In this document: positions 62,435 through 64,000 of the stretch, piece after piece
How positions within the stretch are numbered: position 1 is the stretch's first letter
Layout of the letters: every line of letters begins with the position of its first letter
DNA from: Bugula neritina
Taxonomy: Eukaryota; Animalia; Bryozoa
Direction: 5' to 3'
Length of the DNA: 64,000 nucleotides
Assembly (NCBI GenBank): GCA_964035545.1
Contig: OZ037767.1
Location: 23,080,628-23,144,627 of the forward strand
Notes under the pieces: generated by a model
What the model was told of the DNA's origin: nothing
The model's database searches: none
What the model saw: only the letters and a program-made list of their open reading frames with translations
Translations under genes and position numbers: made by a program

Positions 62435-62620
62435 ACCATATTACACTGCAATACACTAGTAGGTTAATATATATTACACTACAATACACTAGTAGGTTGA
62501 TATATATTACACTACAATACACTAGTAGGTTAATATTTATTGCACTACAATACACTAGTAGGTTAATATTTATTACACTACAATACACTAGTAGGTTAAT
62601 ATTTATTACACTGTATATAT
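62435..62620. repeat. 33-bp tandem repeat (tattacactacaatacactagtaggttaatatt)
   Basis: Direct inspection. It explains ORF 62389. Confidence 0.85.
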
Positions 62621-63491
62621 ACTAATATATTATACTGCCTGAAGTCTACCATAATATACCAGTAGGTTACTATACATTATACTATGTACTACTAGGTTAA
62701 TATATACTATATATATATAACATAGTAACGCAGAAATTTGTAAACGTTCTTTTTATTTAAATAATAATAAATGCACTGGTAGGCTGATTGCATGTGAAAT
62801 AATGTTTTTGTGATGAGATATAGGCTACTGCAATTTTCAAACTTTGTGAAAAAAGGGCTAAAGACCTCAGCTTTTCTTTTCTTCCCACAAATTTCTACAT
62901 TATTTTCTAGATTAAAAGTTGAGAATTTTCTCAAGTTAAAAAGTGCTGCTGCCTGCTTTGCTGTCTCTGAATACAAATCCACTGACTCACAGAGTCTGTG
63001 GGAACTGCTGGTGCGGTTTGCTGTGTGTGGCAGCGTCTAGACTGAGATTCATCAGCTCTAACAGTCTTACTAACAATAGTGACATCTTCTGCTGCCAATC
63101 ACAGGCTATCTAGCTACCAATGTATTCAATGCCATTCTTCACTTTCCCTTTACATTTCTATATAAATCCTGTATCAGCTGAAAAAAGAAAGAACATTCTA
63201 GTAATTAGAAAACCAAGCACCTTTTTTAGACAGCATCAGCTTCTTGCTACTCTCTGACAGCATATTCTTACATAATATAAATTAATATTGTGTGTAACTG
63301 CAATTAAAAATTAGACTATTCATAGATCATTTTGTACAAAGAAGGTTATTTACTAGCTAAAATAATACACTGAAAATGTGTTGTAGTGTTATCAGATATT
63401 TCATATAACATTTTATAATATTAGCAGGTATAGTTTTTGCATTGAGTATATTATTAGTGCCGCCTTCAGTACTGAGCTCTGTATTATTTAG

Positions 63492-63776
63492 AGCACCAGT
63501 ATTCTGAACATGGATAGCCAACTTACACTGCATGTTGACAACTTGGCCATGTTCCTTGAGCCTAGCTTTACTAGGCACACAGTAGGTTACTACTCCATCA
63601 CCTCGGACAGCGTGTTCAAGGGAGACGATAGCGAGAAAGCTAGTCTGGTGGCTCTAAAAGAAGAAAAGAAGCCAACAGATGGCGTGTCACAGTATGAAGT
63701 ACCAGGATATATAGAACAGCTGAACCTAGATGATGGTGAGCAACTCTCTCATAGCATACAACCAGCTGTAAACTGA
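63492..63776. other. Probable exon of an unidentified gene; strand unresolved
   Basis: GC-richer island with two readings. Plus: tttag|STSILNMDSQ...YYSI...YEVPGYIEQL...PAVN*. Minus: strong acceptor cttcttttcttcttttag| and donor |gtaagt bound a 127-nt open exon at 63653-63527. No recognisable homology. Confidence 0.3.
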
Positions 63777-64000
63777 ACACAGACAGTTCTTAGTTTACGT
63801 GGCTCTGTGCTCAGCTCAAAAAATTATATTTTATTAAGATGAGAGAATATTCCGGAAAGCAGATACTCAAATTTTCAATATTTTATTTTAACTTTTTCTG
63901 AAGCTCAACAGTATTGGTATAAAATATGATATAATATATAATATAATATAATATAGTATGATATAATATAATTATAAATAATGCAATATAATGTATGTAT

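Overview
AT-rich, intron-rich animal genomic DNA. An invertebrate, possibly lophotrochozoan, origin is an inference from gene content, not proven. Genes were assembled by hand from GT-AG junctions with phase checking. In order: (1) the 3' end of a MEGF6/MEGF10-type multi-EGF gene with two candidate last exons; (2) two tandem ependymin-related (EPDR) paralogs, the second with a 5'-truncated first exon; (3) a decayed Gypsy pol relic; (4) SLC35E2; (5) two tandem paralogs encoding signal peptide-CUB-CUB-TM proteins whose tails are rich in R-P-x-S/T and LPP[LI] motifs; (6) a minus-strand type III membrane protein with several tyrosine motifs, resembling a transmembrane adaptor; (7) a 5'-truncated Penelope-like (Naiad-type) retroelement with an inverted 3' duplication, two hammerhead ribozymes and a nested MITE, set in (TA)n; (8) a transgelin/MP20/myophilin-like gene with three homologous candidate last exons. 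tRNA-derived SINEs, MITEs and many micro- and minisatellites are interspersed. The best candidate for an undescribed system is the CUB-TM receptor pair. In the first gene, every unit of a 21-bp coding repeat encodes an RPG(T/N)A motif (mostly a putative kinase site) and also carries an in-phase splice donor, which could let splicing set the number of phosphosites. All gene models are sequence-based predictions without RNA evidence.
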